Shown here piece after piece: positions 1 through 12,926 of a stretch of DNA of 64,000 nt (the stretch's first letter is position 1; every line of letters starts with the position of its first letter). The DNA lies in assembly GCA_963708065.1 (NCBI GenBank), contig CAVPRZ010000011.1:5195-69194 (forward strand). The letters are read 5' to 3'. The notes under the pieces were generated by a model that made no database searches, had not been told where the DNA came from, and was given only the letters and a program-made list of their open reading frames with translations. A program made the position numbers and the translations under genes. The stretch is from an uncultured Chloroflexia bacterium. GTDB taxonomy: Bacteria > Chloroflexota > Limnocylindria > Limnocylindrales > CSP1-4.

Positions 1-146
1 AGGGATGGGCTGGGCAGCCTGACGATGATCGACGGCCGGGCGGTCAGCGTCGGCGCCGAGCCAGTCGCAATTGGTTGCGAACCGGATGCACGACGGAGCG
101 GACGATCCGTGCGGACCGCCCGCTCCGTGCCTCCAGGAAGTGTCGA

Positions 147-1229
147 TCAGGGTGTCGCCCAGACCGCTCCGAAGGTGCCGTGCGACTCGTCGTCCGGGCC
201 GGCGGCGAAATAGAGCGTGGTCAGTGGACCGGCGCCGGCGCCGTTCCCGAAGCCGATGCCCCACAGGCCGTCGATCGAGATGACCTGGTGATCGGCGGTC
301 CGCAGGGTCGCGTCGAACTTCCAGTGGCCGTCGTGCCAGCGATAGGCGAGCAGCCGACCGTTGCCGAAGTTCCCGACGATCAGGTCGCCGCTGAACCGTC
401 CGAAGCCCTCGGGTGCCCAGGCCAGGCCCCACGGTGCGTTGAGCGCGCCGCGTGAGGCGACCCGGCCGAGGAGCTTGCCGCGGGCATTGAACACGTCGAC
501 GAAGCCCTTGCCGGCCCCGGCGATCTCGTCCTCGCGATCCTTGTCCTGGCGGGCGTAGGTCACGAAGATCAGCCCGTTGAGGGTCTGGATCCCGAACGGC
601 GCGTAGTGGCTCGGCAGGTGCCTGTCGCGGAACGCGTGCTCCCAGTGCTGGCGGTTGAACGTGCTGTCGAAGACGTCGATTCGGCCGCGATGGAAGTCGG
701 TCGCGTAGAGGTAGTCGGCCCCGTTCCAGGTCGCGATCGCGAGACCCTTGTAGATCGCCCGCGAGTGGTCCGCGACGACGAACGCCTGGGTCGACGTGAC
801 CGGCGGCGTGGATGACGGAACCGCAGGGTTCCAGCCGGAGATCGTGCCGTCCTCCGAGGCGAACAGGAAGCGGGCCGGCCCGGAGTCAGTCCCGTTCGTG
901 ACGACGAACCCCGTCCCGCCATTGAAGACGGTCCCGGTCGGGGCGCCGGGCACGTTCACGGTCAATGGGATCTTCGCCCCGGCGCCGTTGTAGAGGGTCG
1001 ACGTGGCGGTCCCGTTGTTGGCGACCCACCACGGGCTGGTCGGACTGTGGACGATGCCCCAGCCGTTGACGAGGTTGGTGTCCTGGATATCCCCGACCCC
1101 GAGTTGATCGGAGACGTAGACGTGGGTCTCGTACGCGTTCGGCGGCCGGTGGCCGGTTGCGGCGGCGGGCGTGACCGCCACCAGGAGGACGAGCGCCGCC
1201 GCGGCGGCCATGGCTCGACGGTAGATCAT
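147..1229 (-). CDS. Secreted beta-propeller-like repeat protein (TIGR03118-like)
   Basis: ORF 147..1298; the internal ATG at 1229 is preceded by AGGAGG. It has a signal peptide (AAAALVLLVAVTPAAA). Motifs LVNGWGI, PWWVANNGT and STLYNG are as I recall for the TIGR03118 family. Confidence 0.55.
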   Translation of the reverse strand: MIYRRAMAAAAALVLLVAVTPAAATGHRPPNAYETHVYVSDQLGVGDIQDTNLVNGWGIVHSPTSPWWVANNGTATSTLYNGAGAKIPLTVNVPGAPTGTVFNGGTGFVVTNGTDSGPARFLFASEDGTISGWNPAVPSSTPPVTSTQAFVVADHSRAIYKGLAIATWNGADYLYATDFHRGRIDVFDSTFNRQHWEHAFRDRHLPSHYAPFGIQTLNGLIFVTYARQDKDREDEIAGAGKGFVDVFNARGKLLGRVASRGALNAPWGLAWAPEGFGRFSGDLIVGNFGNGRLLAYRWHDGHWKFDATLRTADHQVISIDGLWGIGFGNGAGAGPLTTLYFAAGPDDESHGTFGAVWATP

Positions 1230-1343
1230 CGGCGACCTCCTGAACCGGGCGGCCTCCGGCCCATGTCGGGCCGATCCGCGAGGCCGCACCTCGCGCAAGG
1301 GGCTACGCCGGCAATGCCCGCCCGGTTTCAGACGATCGGGCAG

Positions 1344-4244
1344 TCAGCCGGTATTGCGGAGTCCCGCCGCGATGCCGTTGATCGAGAGCTGGACGAGACG
1401 GAGCACCTCCGGTCGGCTCGGATCGTCGGGCGGCAGCGCCCGGAGCCGGGCGAGCAACCGGACCTGGAGCTCGGACAGTGAGTCGACGTACGGGTTGCGC
1501 AGCTCGATCGAGCGTTGGAGGATCGGGAACCCGTCGAGCAGATGGTCCCGTCCGGTCACCCTGAGCAGGAGCCGGACGGTCCGCTCGTGCTCGGCCTCGA
1601 TCCGCTCCCAGATCCGTCCGGCGGACGGGCCCCTGGCCAGCGCGGCGTACGTCCGGGCGACGCCGATGTCCGCCTTGGCGAGGGTCATCTCGGCGTTGTC
1701 GAGGATCGCCTCGAACAGCGGCCACGACCGGTACAGCTCGGCGAGGGCGTCGAGCCCGGCGTCGCCATGGCTCGACCGGTACGCCTCGAGGGCGGACCCG
1801 AGACCGAACCAGCCGGGCAGGTTGAGCCGTGACTGCGACCAGGCGAAGCCCCACGGGATGGCCCGCAGCGAGACGAGCGGCGGCGGTGGCTCGGCGACCG
1901 GAATACGTTCGGCCGGGGGCTCCGCCGCTCGCCCGTCGGCCACGCGCGGCCGGTCGCGAGCCGAGCCGGAGGGCCGACAGCTCGACGATCGGGGTGGCGT
2001 CGCGGAAGAACGCCGCGAACTCCGGGTCCTCCCAGACGAGCGCCCGGTAGGCCGCTTCCAGACCTGGGCCAGCTCGTCGATCGCCGCCGCGCCTGCCTGC
2101 CCGGCCCCGGCCACTCGCGCGTCGTGCTCCGCCGTGGAAGCCAGCACGACCGCCGCCGTGAGCTGCTCGAGCTGGCGCCGGGCGATGGCCGGGTTGGCGT
2201 AGTTCGCGGCGATCACCTCGCCCTGCTCGGTCATCCGCAACCGGCCGTCGATCGAGCCGGGCGCCTGGGCCAGGATCGCCCGGTTGGTCGGGCCGCCGCC
2301 GCGACCGATCGCCCCGCCCCGACCGTGGAACAGGGTCAGCTCGAGGCCGTGCCGGCGGGCCGACTCGACGAGCGCCGCCTGGGCCCGGTAGAGGAGCCGG
2401 TTGGCGGCCAGGAACCCGGACTCCTTGTTCGAGTCGGAGTAGCCGAGCATCACCTCCTGGCGATCGCCCCGGGCGAGGAGGTGCCCGCGGTAGGTCGGGT
2501 CGGCGATGAGCGCGTCGACGATCGCCGCGCAGCCCTCGAGGGCGTCGGCCGACTCGAACAGCGGCACGACGTCGAGGACCGGGACCGCCGGCGCGAACCC
2601 GCCCGTCGCGGCCGCCGGCGGGTCGGCGGCGCCGGCCAGCCCGGCCAGCTCGAGGACGGCCAGGACGTCGCGGCCGCGCGGGTGAAGCTGATGACGTAGC
2701 GGCCGGCGGCCGCCGGGCCGAACCGGGCCTGGGCGTCGGCGATCGCCCGGAACGTCGCGAGGACCTCGGCCGCGGTCACCCCGGGCGCCCCGGCAGCTCC
2801 GTTCTCGAGGTCGCCCCGGCGGATGGCCTCGAGCGCCGCCTCGTGGACCTCGCTGTGCTGACGGACCTCGAGCCCGGCCAGGTGGAACCCGAACGTCTCG
2901 ACCTGCCAGCGGAAGTCCTGGACCTCGCCCCAGGCCACCCGCCCGAGACGGTCGGCGACGAGCGCGGCGGCGATCTCGTCGAGCTCGCGCAGGAGCTCCG
3001 CCGGATCCGTGTAGCGGCCGCTCGACGGGACGCCGGCGGTCGCGGTCAGCGCGGCGCGGGTCCGGCGCAGCCGCTCGGCGATCGCCCCGAAGCGCTGCCG
3101 GTACGGCTCGTCGGGGAAGCGCCGGCGGAGCTGACGCATGGTCTCGGGGAGATCGTCGTCGTCGGCGACGAGACGCCGGGCGAGCGGCGGCGCGAGCCGC
3201 GTCCGACGCGACGGTCGCGGCGACCGTCTGCATCAGCCGGGTGGCGACCGCCTCGTAGCCGTGGATCACGTGGTCGGCGTGGATCCGGAGGACGTGGCCG
3301 GTCGTCTCGGCGGTGACGGCGGGGTTGCCATCGCGGTCGCCGCCGATCCAGCTGCCCGAGCCGCAGGAACGCCGGGACGAGCGGTGGCCGGGTCCCGGTC
3401 CGCTCGGCGTCGCCGACCGGCGGATCGGACGCGGCCAGCCGCCCGGCCCGGCCGAGCGCGCGCCGGCGCTCGGCCGCGGCCAGCGGATCGAGCGCACCGT
3501 CGACCGCCCGGTAGAGCCGCGGGACGACGGTGAACAGCGTCTCGTCGAAGTAGGTCATCGCCGTCCGGACCTCGTCGAGCGGGGTCGGCGCCACCGAGCG
3601 GAGGTCGGCGGTCCGCCACAGGAGGCTGATCTCCTCGCGCAGGCGTCGCCGGATGTCGCGGTCCTCGTCGGGCGTCAGGCGCGGATCGTCGAGCCGCTCG
3701 ACGAGCCGGTGGCAGCGGCGGAGCGCGACGAGCAGCGTCCGCCGGCGGGCCTCGGTCGGATGGGCGGTCAGGACCGGGGCGATCGACAGGCGGCCGATCG
3801 AGCTCGACGATCTCGTCGAGCCCGCGGCCGGTCCGCCAGATCCGCCGGACCGCCTCGGCGACCGAGTCGTCGAGGATCCCGCCGCGGGCCGCCCGCTCGC
3901 GCCGGCGCGAGGGTCCGGACCCGGTGCCGCTCCTCGGCCAGGTTGACCAGCTGGAAGTAGAGGCCGAACGAGCGGATGAGCGCCTCGGCTCGCGGCAGGT
4001 CGAGGCCGTCGAGCTCGGCCGACAGGCGCGCCCGCTCGACGGGGTCCTCGGCCCGGCGGAGGGCGATCGTCCGGCGCCGGACCCGCTCGACGAGCTCGAG
4101 CAGGTCGAGGCCCTCCTGCTCGACGATGACCTGGCCGAGCAGCGAGCCGAGGAGCCTGACCTCGCGCGCGAGCGGGTCGCGGGCACCGGCCGTCCCGATC
4201 CCCCGCGGCTCGCGGCGGACGGCCGGGTTCGGGCGGGCGGGCAT
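1344..4244 (-). pseudogene. ppc: Phosphoenolpyruvate carboxylase, reading frame broken many times
   Basis: PEPC segments lie in different minus-strand frames. The N-terminus ([24 protein letters not shown]) is in ORF 3768..4424. [16 protein letters not shown] is in 3046..3594. [33 protein letters not shown] and the C-terminal GLRNTG are in 1344..3497. The mid part is in 2450..3139. Confidence 0.85.
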
Positions 4245-4290
4245 CGGCGGCTCCTCCGGCGGTCGCGGTCGGCGGCTCCGACCGCCGTCC

Positions 4291-7200
4291 TCAGGAGAGT
4301 GTAGGGACCGCGGCAGCCCCGGCCGAGCGGGTCGTGGCGGGAACCCCGCGTTCGCGCGGCGATCCGGAGCGGCACCGGGACCCGCGCGCCGGGTTCCTCG
4401 GCCGCCGGACACGATCCCGGACACGGCCGCCGGCGGCTCGACGAGCCAGACGTCGTCGGGCCGCGGGCCGCCGCCGACCGCAAGGCGCTCGGCCAGCTCC
4501 GACCCGGCCGCGGCATGGGCCGCGACCAGGCGGGCGAGCTCGGCGGCCCGCTCGGCGCCGTCGGCCCGGTCGCGGAGGACCGCCGACAGCCGGGTCGCGC
4601 GCGACGCTCGCCCCGGACAGGGCGGGCGCCGACCGGCCCGGTCGGGTCGAGGAGGTAGGCCCGCCCGCCGGTCATCCCGGCCCCGAAGTTCGGCCCGATC
4701 GGACCGAGGACCACGACGGTCCCGCCGGTCATGTACTCGCAGCCGTGGGCGCCGAGCCCCTCGACGACCGCCTCGGCGCCGCTGTTCCGGACCGCGAACC
4801 GCATCCCGGCCCGGCCGACGACGTGGAGCCGGCCGGCCGTCGCGCCGAAGAGGCAGACGTTCCCGGCGGCCGTCGAGGCCGACGGATCGGCGACGACCTC
4901 GGGCTCCGGCCGGACGACGACGGTCCCACCGGACAGGCCCTTGGCCAGGTAGTCGTTGGCCTGCCCGACGAGCGTCAGCTCGACGCCGTCGACGAGGAAC
5001 GCGCCGAAGCTCTGGCCGGCGGCGCCACGCAGCGCGAGCCGGATCGGGCCATGGGCGGGCCGGCGGATCTCACCGCGCTCGAGCGCCCCGGACAGCTCGG
5101 CCCCGAACGACCGGTCCGCGGTGCCGATCGCGAGCCGCTCGGACGGAACCGGGTCGCCGTGCCGGAGCGACCGCGACGAGGCCGTGCTCGACGGGCGACG
5201 CGGGCGCCCGCCGGACGGCGTCGGTGGCCCGGAGCCGATCGGCGCGACGGGCGCGGGTCGGCCGGCCAGGTCGCCGCGCCGATGATCGCCGCGAGGTCGG
5301 TCGGGCCATCGCCCGGGCCGGGACCAGGAACCGGCGCGCCTCGCCGACGACCTCGCCGACCGTCCGCGCCCCGATCGCCGCCAGCTCGCGCCGGAGGTCC
5401 TCGGCCACGGCCAGCGCGTACCGCTCGACCTGCTCGGGGGTCCCGCTGAACTTCGCCCGGAGGTCCGGCCGCTGCGTGGCGATCCCGGTCGGGCAGGTGT
5501 CGAGGTGGCACTGGCGGGCCATGTCGCAGCCGAGCGCGACGAGCGCGGCCGTCCCGAACCCGAACTCCTCCGCCCCGAGCAGCGCCGCGACCAGCAGGTC
5601 CCGCCCGACCTGGAGCCCGCCGTCCGTCCGGAGCACGACCCGGTCGCGCAACCCGTTCCGGAGGAGCGTCTGGTGGACCTCGGCCAGACCGAGCTCCCAC
5701 GGCGCCCCGGCGTGCTTGATCGAGCTGAGCGGGCTCGCCCCGGTCCCGCCGGCGTGACCGGCGAGGTGGACGTAGTCGGCGCCGGCCTTGACGACCCCGG
5801 CGGCGATCGTCCCGACGCCCCGGCTCGCCACGAGCTTGACCCCGATCCGGGCGGCCGGGTTGATCGCCCGGAGGTCGGCGATGAGCTGGGCGAGGTCCTC
5901 GATCGAGTAGATGTCGTGGTGCGGCGGCGGGCTGATGAGCGCCTGGCCCGGCTGGGCCCGGCGGAGCGCGGCGATCTCGGCCGTCGCCTTCTTCGCCGGC
6001 AGCTGGCCGCCCTCACCGGGCTTCGAGCCCTGGGCGATCTTGATCTCGAGCTGGTCGGCCCGGGCGAGGTAGGTCGCGGTCACGCCGAAACGGGCCGAGG
6101 CGACCTGCTTGATCCGGGCGTCACGTCGCTCGCCGTCGGCGGCCGGCCGGTACCAGGCCGGGTCCTCGCCGCCCTCGCCGGTGTTCGCCGCGCCGCCGGC
6201 CCGCTGCATCCCGATGGTCACCGCCTGGTGCGCCTCGGGGCTGAGCGCGCCGACGCTCATCGCGCTCGCGACGAACCGTCGGGCGATCGCCCGGGCCGGC
6301 TCGACCTCGTCGAGCGGGACCGGCCGGACGCCGCGCGGGCGCTGGACCCGGAGGCCGTCGCGGACGACGGCAGGATCGGACCGGGCGCGGCCCCGGCCAG
6401 GTCCGCGGACGTCCCGTCGGCCACGGCCTGGAGCGCCTTGACGACCGGCGGCGCGTAGAGGTGGAGCTCGCCGTCGGCGCGGTAGCGGGCCAGCCCGGGG
6501 TCGGCCAGCCGGGTCCCGTCGCCCGCCGCCTCGATCGACCGGGCGGCCTCGCGCCGGCGCAGCGCCGCGCTCGGCCAGGGTCGCGAACCCGACCCGCCCG
6601 GGCCAGGCCGCGGCCGACGGGAAGCAACGCTCGACGACCTCCGGGGCGAGCTCGAGCGTCTCGAACAGCGCGCCGCCGACGTACGAGGCCACGGCCGAGA
6701 TGCCCATCCGGGCGAGCGTCTTGCGCAATCCGGCCTCGAACGCGTCGAGGAGCCGGGCGACGGCCTCGCCGGCTCGAGCGACTCGAGGCCGCGGCCCCCG
6801 GCGAGCTCGGCGGCCAGCTCGAGCGCGAGGCGCGGGTGGACGACGGTCGCGCCCGCCGCGATCGTCATCGCGAGGCCGTGGACGTCGAGGATGTCGGCCG
6901 CGTCGACGAGCAGGTCGGCCCGGCCGCGGAGCCCGGCCGCGGCCGAGGGCGGTGTGGACCGCGCCGACGGCCAGGACGCTCGGGAGCGGGAGCCGGTCGA
7001 GCGAGTGCGGCCCGGTCGGAGATCGACGAGGACCTCGATCGAGCCGCCGTCGACCGCGAGGAGCGCGTCGGTGGCCAGCCGGTCGAGCGCCCGGGCGAGA
7101 CCCTGCCGGACCATCGGCCGGGTCCCAGGTGGCGTCGAGCCGGCGGACCCGCGCGGGCCGACGCGCCCGAGCAGCCCGTCGAGGTCGGCGACCACCGGGC

Positions 7201-8905
7201 GGTCGAGGCGGACGGTCCGGGGCCCGGTCGGGATCCCGCCGAGGAGCGCCGGTCGCCGGCCGAGCTCGACGTGGAGGTCCATCACCGCGCGCTCGCGCTC
7301 GGGGTCGATCGGCGGGTTGGTGACCTGGGCGAACGCCTGGCGGAGGTGGTCGGTGACCGGCCGGTCGATCCGCGCCCGGGCCGGCGTCGGCGTGTCGTCG
7401 CCCATGCTCCAGAGCGGCTCCTTCGCCTCGACGACCATCGTCCGGATGTCGAGCCTGGCCCGCTCGGCGTCGAGCCCGGCGAGGTGGCGGACCGCCGGGG
7501 ACGTGGCCGCTCGGTCCCCGCCGACGGTCGGCCGGCCGCCCGTGGATCGACGCCGCCCGGCCGCCTGCCGGGCGGGACGTCGGCGAACGCGGACCGCGGG
7601 GCATCGGGTCGCCACGAGCGGCGCAGGATCTCGGTCTTCGCCTCGACGTCCTCGAGGATCGCCCCGCGACGCGGGTCGACGAGCAGGATCTCGCCCGGCC
7701 CGAGGCGACCGCGGCGGACCGTCTCCGACGGCTCGATCGGCACCGCGCCGGCCTCCGACGCCGCCGCGACGAGCCGGTCCCGGGTGACCGCGAACGCGAG
7801 CGGCCGCAGGCCGTTCCGGTCGACGAGCGCGCCGACCCGCCGCCCGTCGCCGAAGACGAGCGCCGCCGGGCCGTCCCACGGCGCCAGGAAGCCGGCCGTC
7901 CGGCGGGCGAACGCCCCGGCCAGCGGGTGACCGGTCGAGCGGAGCGCGGCCGCCTCCGGGATGAGCGCGAGGAGCGCGGCCTCGAGGCTCCAGCCGGTCG
8001 CGACGAGCAGCTCGAGCGCCTCGTCGAGCGACAGCGAGTCGGAGCCGTCGGGCGACAGGAGCGGCCCGGCCTCGACGAGCCGGTGCCCGGCCGAGCCCGG
8101 GGCGCCGAGCGGATCGCCGCGTCCGGCCGTGGACCTGCTCGCGGTTCGTCCGGATCGTGTTGATCTCGCCGTTGTGGGCGATCGACCGGAACGGCTGGGC
8201 GAGCCGCCACTCGGGGTGGGTGTTCGTCGCGTAGCGCTGGTGGAAGATCGCGTGGCTGAGCGGGAGGTCCGCGGCGAGGTCGGGATAGAGCTCCGCGAGC
8301 CGCTCCCCGGCGACGAGGCCCTTGTAGACGACCGACCGGCACGAGGCCGACGGGACGGCGAACCCGGCGAGGGACGGGCCCGACCGCGCGCGCCGCGGTC
8401 TCCATCCGTCGCCGGGCGAGGACGAGGCGGAGCTCGAACCGGGCGTCGGACAGCCCGGCGGGCCGCTCGACGACGACCTGGGCGATCGTCCGGCCGGGTC
8501 GCGGCGGCCTCGCTCCCGAGCGCGGCCGGGTCGACCGGGACGGTCCGCCAGCGCGGCGCCGGCAGGCGCTCCTCGGCGAGCGCCGCCTCGACGATCCGCG
8601 CGAGCCACGGCGCCGCCCCGGCGCGCACGCGGCAGGAACAGCGAGACGACACCGGGCCGACCGGCGACACCCGGGGCGATCAGGCCGACGACGCTCGGCT
8701 CGAGCGGCAGCAGGACCCCGGCGCCGTCGCTCGACGCCCCGTCCGCGGCGAACGCGCCACGATGGCCGAGCGAGCCGAGGCCGGCCAGGGCGAGCGGCAG
8801 GACCCGCCGGCGCGATCGCCCGCCCGCGTCGGCGACGAAGCCGACGCCGCAGGCGTCGTGCTCGAAGCGACGGTCGTAGAGCGGATGGGCCTGGCGATCG
8901 GGCAT
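4291..8905 (-). pseudogene. gltB: Glutamate synthase large subunit, reading frame broken many times; 3' end uncertain
   Basis: The start [25 protein letters not shown] carries the Ntn-Cys. Also present are [13 protein letters not shown], the FMN domain [35 protein letters not shown], and the C-terminal beta-helix [11 protein letters not shown]. These are scattered over all three minus frames (ORFs 6257..9019, 7282..8670, 5070..9239, 3266..6016). The last fragment runs in frame into the ppc start with no stop. 4291 is the first stop in an alternative frame. Confidence 0.85.
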
Positions 8906-9096
8906 GACGGCACGGTCCTCTTCGGGTCGGACGGATGCCCACCGTAGGCGCGGAGGCCCGCCGCCGTCCGTCGCGGGACGGGCGCGGGACGGTGAGCGGC
9001 TGGGTTGCGGCCCGGTCACCGTTTCGGTGCGCGGACGCAGCGGCGCGGCTCGGGGCCCGGTTGACCACAGGCGGCCGCGCCGCCACGATCCGATCG

Positions 9097-10403
9097 ATGC
9101 CCGAGCCGACCATCGACCGCACGTCGGAGCGCGCCGCGCGGCGGCTCGCCGAGCTGACGTTCCTCGAGGAGGTCGCCCGCCTGGCCGGCTCGACCCGGAC
9201 GTGGGACGAGCTGATGCGGACCGTCATCGACCGGGCCACCGCGGCCGCCGACGCCGAGGTCTGCTCGGTCTACCTCGTCGACCGGGACGGCTCCGGGGTG
9301 ACCCTCGCCGCCACGAACGGGCTCGACCGCGACCAGATCGGCGTCGCCCGCCTGCCGATGGGGGTCGGGCATCACCGGACGGGCCGCCCAGACCCGCCGA
9401 CCGCAGGTCGAGCCTGAACGTCCGACGCGACCCGCGCTTCGCCTGGCTCCAGGGCCTCGACGAGCCGCGCCTCACCTCGATGTGCTCGGTGCCGCTCATC
9501 TGGAACGACGCGGTCGTCGGCGTGCTCAACGTCCAGACCGTCCGGCGGCGCGAGTTCCGGCGGAGCGACGTGCGCTTCCTCGAGACGCTCGCGACGCTCC
9601 TGGCCGGGATCGTCGAGAAGGGCCGGCTCCAGGCCGAGGCCGAGGCCCAGGTCGACAGCCTCCGGGCGATCGACGAGGCGCGGGCGAGCCTGGTCACCGA
9701 TCGTCACCCACGAGCTGCGGACGCCGCTGGCGGTCGTCCGGGCGAGCCTCGAGCTCATCGGGACGGCCGCCCGCGAGGCCGGGGCCGACGGGACGGCGAC
9801 GCTGGGAGACGGAGGCCCTCCGCCAGGTCGACCGGCTCGACTCGATGGTCGACTCGATCCTGGCCAGCCTGCGCGTCCTGCGCGAGGAGCCGCCGACGCT
9901 CGAGCCGGTCGACGTCGCCGCGGTCGTCGAGACGATCGTCGAGTCGCTCGGGGCGATCCTCCGCCGCCACCGGCTGGGCGCGACGTTCCAGGAGCGCCCG
10001 CTCCTCGCGGTCGGCTCGGCCGACCTGCTCGGCCGGCTCCTCGAGTATCTCCTCGAGAACGCCGCCAAGTACGCCCCGGTCGGCGACCGGATCGAGATCC
10101 TACGGCTGGCGCGACGGCGGACGCGTCCTGCTCGCCATCACCGACGACGGGCCGGGCATCCCGGCCGAGTGGCGGGAGCGGATCTTCGAGCCGTTCGTCC
10201 GCCGCGACGACTCGCCGCGCGGGGCCGGGATCGGGCTGTTCGCGGCCCGCCACCTGGCCCGGGCGATGAACGGCGAGCTGCGGCTCGAGGATCGGCTTCC
10301 GGCGGGCAGCCAGTTCGTGCTCGAGCTGGCCGCCTCGCACGGGCCGGGCGGGCTCGCCGGGGACCGGCGCCTGAGACGGGCCGCGCCGCCGACCGGCGCC
10401 TGA
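9097..10403 (+). pseudogene. GAF-domain sensor histidine kinase (frameshifted)
   Basis: The GAF N-terminus is in ORF 8935..9417 and continues in ORF 8904..10403. By manual translation the H-box VTHELRTPLAVV lies in a third frame at about 9703-9726. The N-box LLENAAKYAP is in ORF 9482..10519. G-boxes DDGPGIP and GAGIGL are in ORF 8904..10403. Confidence 0.8.
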
Positions 10404-10433
10404 AGCCGGCCGACGGGCGAACCCGTCCCGCCG

Positions 10434-11760
10434 CTAGACCTGGTAGGCGGCCTCGCCGTGGACGGCCAGGTCGAGACCCGTCTCTTCCTGCGTCTTCGGG
10501 ACGCGGATCCCGAGGATGACGTCGACGACCTTGACGATGACGAACGTGCCGACGACCGCGTAGGCGATCGTCGCGCCGACGGCGACGAGCTGGGTCAGGA
10601 CCTGGCTGCGGGTTGCCGTCGATGAGGCCCGCTGTAGGCCTCCTGGACGGCGGCCGTGGCGAAGACGCCGGTCGCGATCGCCCCGAACATCCCGCCGACC
10701 CCGTGGACCGCGAACACGTCGAGCGCGTCGTCGACCTTGATCCGGACCTTGAGCAGCGTCGCGCTGTAGCACAGGCCGCCGGCGACGAGGCCGATGACCA
10801 GCGCGCCGCCCACGGTCACGAAGCCGGACGCCGGGGTGATCGCGACCAGTCCGGCGACCGCCCCGCAGGCGGCGCCGACGACGCTGACCTTGCCCTTGTG
10901 GAGGTAGCTCGCGCCGACCCAGGTGATGGTCGCGGCCGCGGCGGCCGTGTTCGTGACCACGAAGGCGCTCGCGGCGAGCCCGCCGGCGGTCAGCGCCGAG
11001 CCGGCGTTGAAGCCGAACCAGCCGAACCACAGGAGACCGGCGCCGAGCACGGTCATCGGCACGTCATGGGGCTCGAAGCCCTCGCCGTTGACGACCCGCC
11101 GGCCGATCAGGATGGCGACGATCAGGGCCGACACGCCCGAGCTGATGTGGACGACGGTGCCGCCCGCGAAGTCGAGCGCGCCGAGCTTGTACAGCCAGCC
11201 GTCGGTCGACCAGACCCAGTGGGCGATCGGCGAGTAGACGAGGATCGACCACAGGATCGTGAACAGGACGAACGCGCCGAACCGCTTGCGCTCGGCGAAG
11301 GCGCCGGTGATGAGCGCCGGGGTGATCGCGGCGAACATCAGCTGGAAGCCGGCGAACAGGAGGAACGGGATCGTCACGGCGTAGACCGTGCTCGGCGCCT
11401 GGCCGACGCCGTTGAAGAACGACGATAGTCGAGGTTGCCGATCAGCCCGAGGCCGCCGACGTCGGGGCCGAACGCGAGGCTGAACCCGACGATCACCCAG
11501 ACGACGCTGACGATCGCCAGCCCGAAGAAGCTGTGCATGATCGTCGACAGCACGTTCTTGCGCCGGACGAGCCCGCCGTAGAACAGGGCCAGCCCGGGCA
11601 GCATGATCATGACCAGGGCGGTCGAGGCCAGCATCCAGGCCGTGTCGCCGGAGTTGATCTCGGTGGTGCCGTCCGCTGCGGCGACGGTTCCCGGCAGGAT
11701 GGCCAGGAGCGCCGTCCCGATCCCGGCGGCCGCGAGCCCGTGTCTGATCCTCGTCCGCAT
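10434..11760 (-). pseudogene. amt: Ammonium transporter (two frame changes)
   Basis: Three consecutive minus ORFs (11374..11760, 10595..11377, 10434..11030) carry N-terminal, middle and C-terminal Amt segments. Motifs include [38 protein letters not shown] and HGVGGMFG. Confidence 0.85.
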
Positions 11761-11838
11761 CGCTCGATCCTCGCCTCCCGGGCAGCCCTCGCGTCCGACG
11801 TTCGTCAGGCTGGAGCCGAGGGACCGCCCTGCCTGAGG

Positions 11839-12691
11839 CTAGGCCCGGGCGCTTGCCAGTTCGAGGCTGAGCGGGTGGCGCGTCGGGGTCGCCGCGGTTA
11901 CGGCTCGGCGGCCGTCCGGCGTCGGTTCGGATTCGGCCGGCGCGACCGTTCCGTCACCGACCGCGTCCTCGAGCCGGTAGCCGATCCCCCGGACCGGGAT
12001 GGGAACCGGGGCGCCGGCGGCGATGAGCTTCGAACGGAGGCGGGCCATGTGCGGCTTGAGCCAGAGCGGATCGGGATCGTGGACGCCGGGCCAGGCGTAG
12101 GCCAGCAGGTCGCGCCGCTCGACGACCTCGCCGAGACGGTCGGCCAGCCGCGCCACGAGGCGGAACTCGGTCACGGTCAGCGCGATCGGACGCCCCTGCC
12201 AGCTGACCTCGTGGCGGCTCCGGTCGACGAGCCAGCCGTCGCGGGCGGGCGCCCGACGGTGGCGACGGACGACCGACCGGGTCCGGGCGAGCAGCTCGGC
12301 GGCGCGGAACGGCTTGCGGACGTAGTCGTCTGCACCGGCGTCGAGCAGCTCGACGGTCACGCCGAGGTCGCTCTCGCCGGACACCACGATGATCGGGGTG
12401 TCGCCGGCGGCGCGGATCCGGCGGCAGACGTCGGCCCCGTCGACACCGGGCATCGCCAGGTCGAGCAGGACGAGGTCCGGATGCTCGTCCTCGAAGCGAC
12501 GGATGCGCCTCGCGGCCGTCGTAGGCGGCGATGATCCGGTGCCCGGCCCCGCCGAGGATCGCCCCGATGACGCCGACCATGGCCGGCTCGTCGTCGGCCA
12601 CGAGGACCTTGAGCGACTCGCCGCGAGCACTGTCGCCGTCGGCGTTGGGATCGCTCGCGGGCGTGTCGTGGGTCGTCGCGTGACTGCTCAC
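11839..12691 (-). pseudogene. OmpR-family response regulator (one frame change in the receiver domain)
   Basis: The receiver start KVLVADDEP is in ORF 11954..12886. DLVLLDLAMPGVDG and the winged helix (TVTEFRLV..GIGYRL) are in ORF 11839..12630. A GTG start is inferred at 12691. Confidence 0.75.
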
Positions 12692-12926
12692 GGCCTCAAG
12701 GATGGCAGTTTGCGCGCGCCACCGTCGGCGGCGGGTCGGATCCTGCCCGGTTGCGATCCAATTCCCCGCGCACTGCGGCAACGCTCTCCATGCGTGGGGC
12801 TCATCGGGTGACCTGGATTCGCGCTCGAGTACCGTGCAACCGTGGCCAGTCGAGCAGCGACCTCGCACGGCTCGGCCCGGCGCCATGACCCCCGCTCATA
12901 CCCGGGGTCGGCGTAGGCTTGGCGCG

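Noticed and set aside
1-146. ORFs 25..213, 71..283 and 75..455 at the window start
   Set aside because: They overlap the well-supported minus-strand secreted-protein gene. Their translations are Arg/Pro-rich with no motifs.
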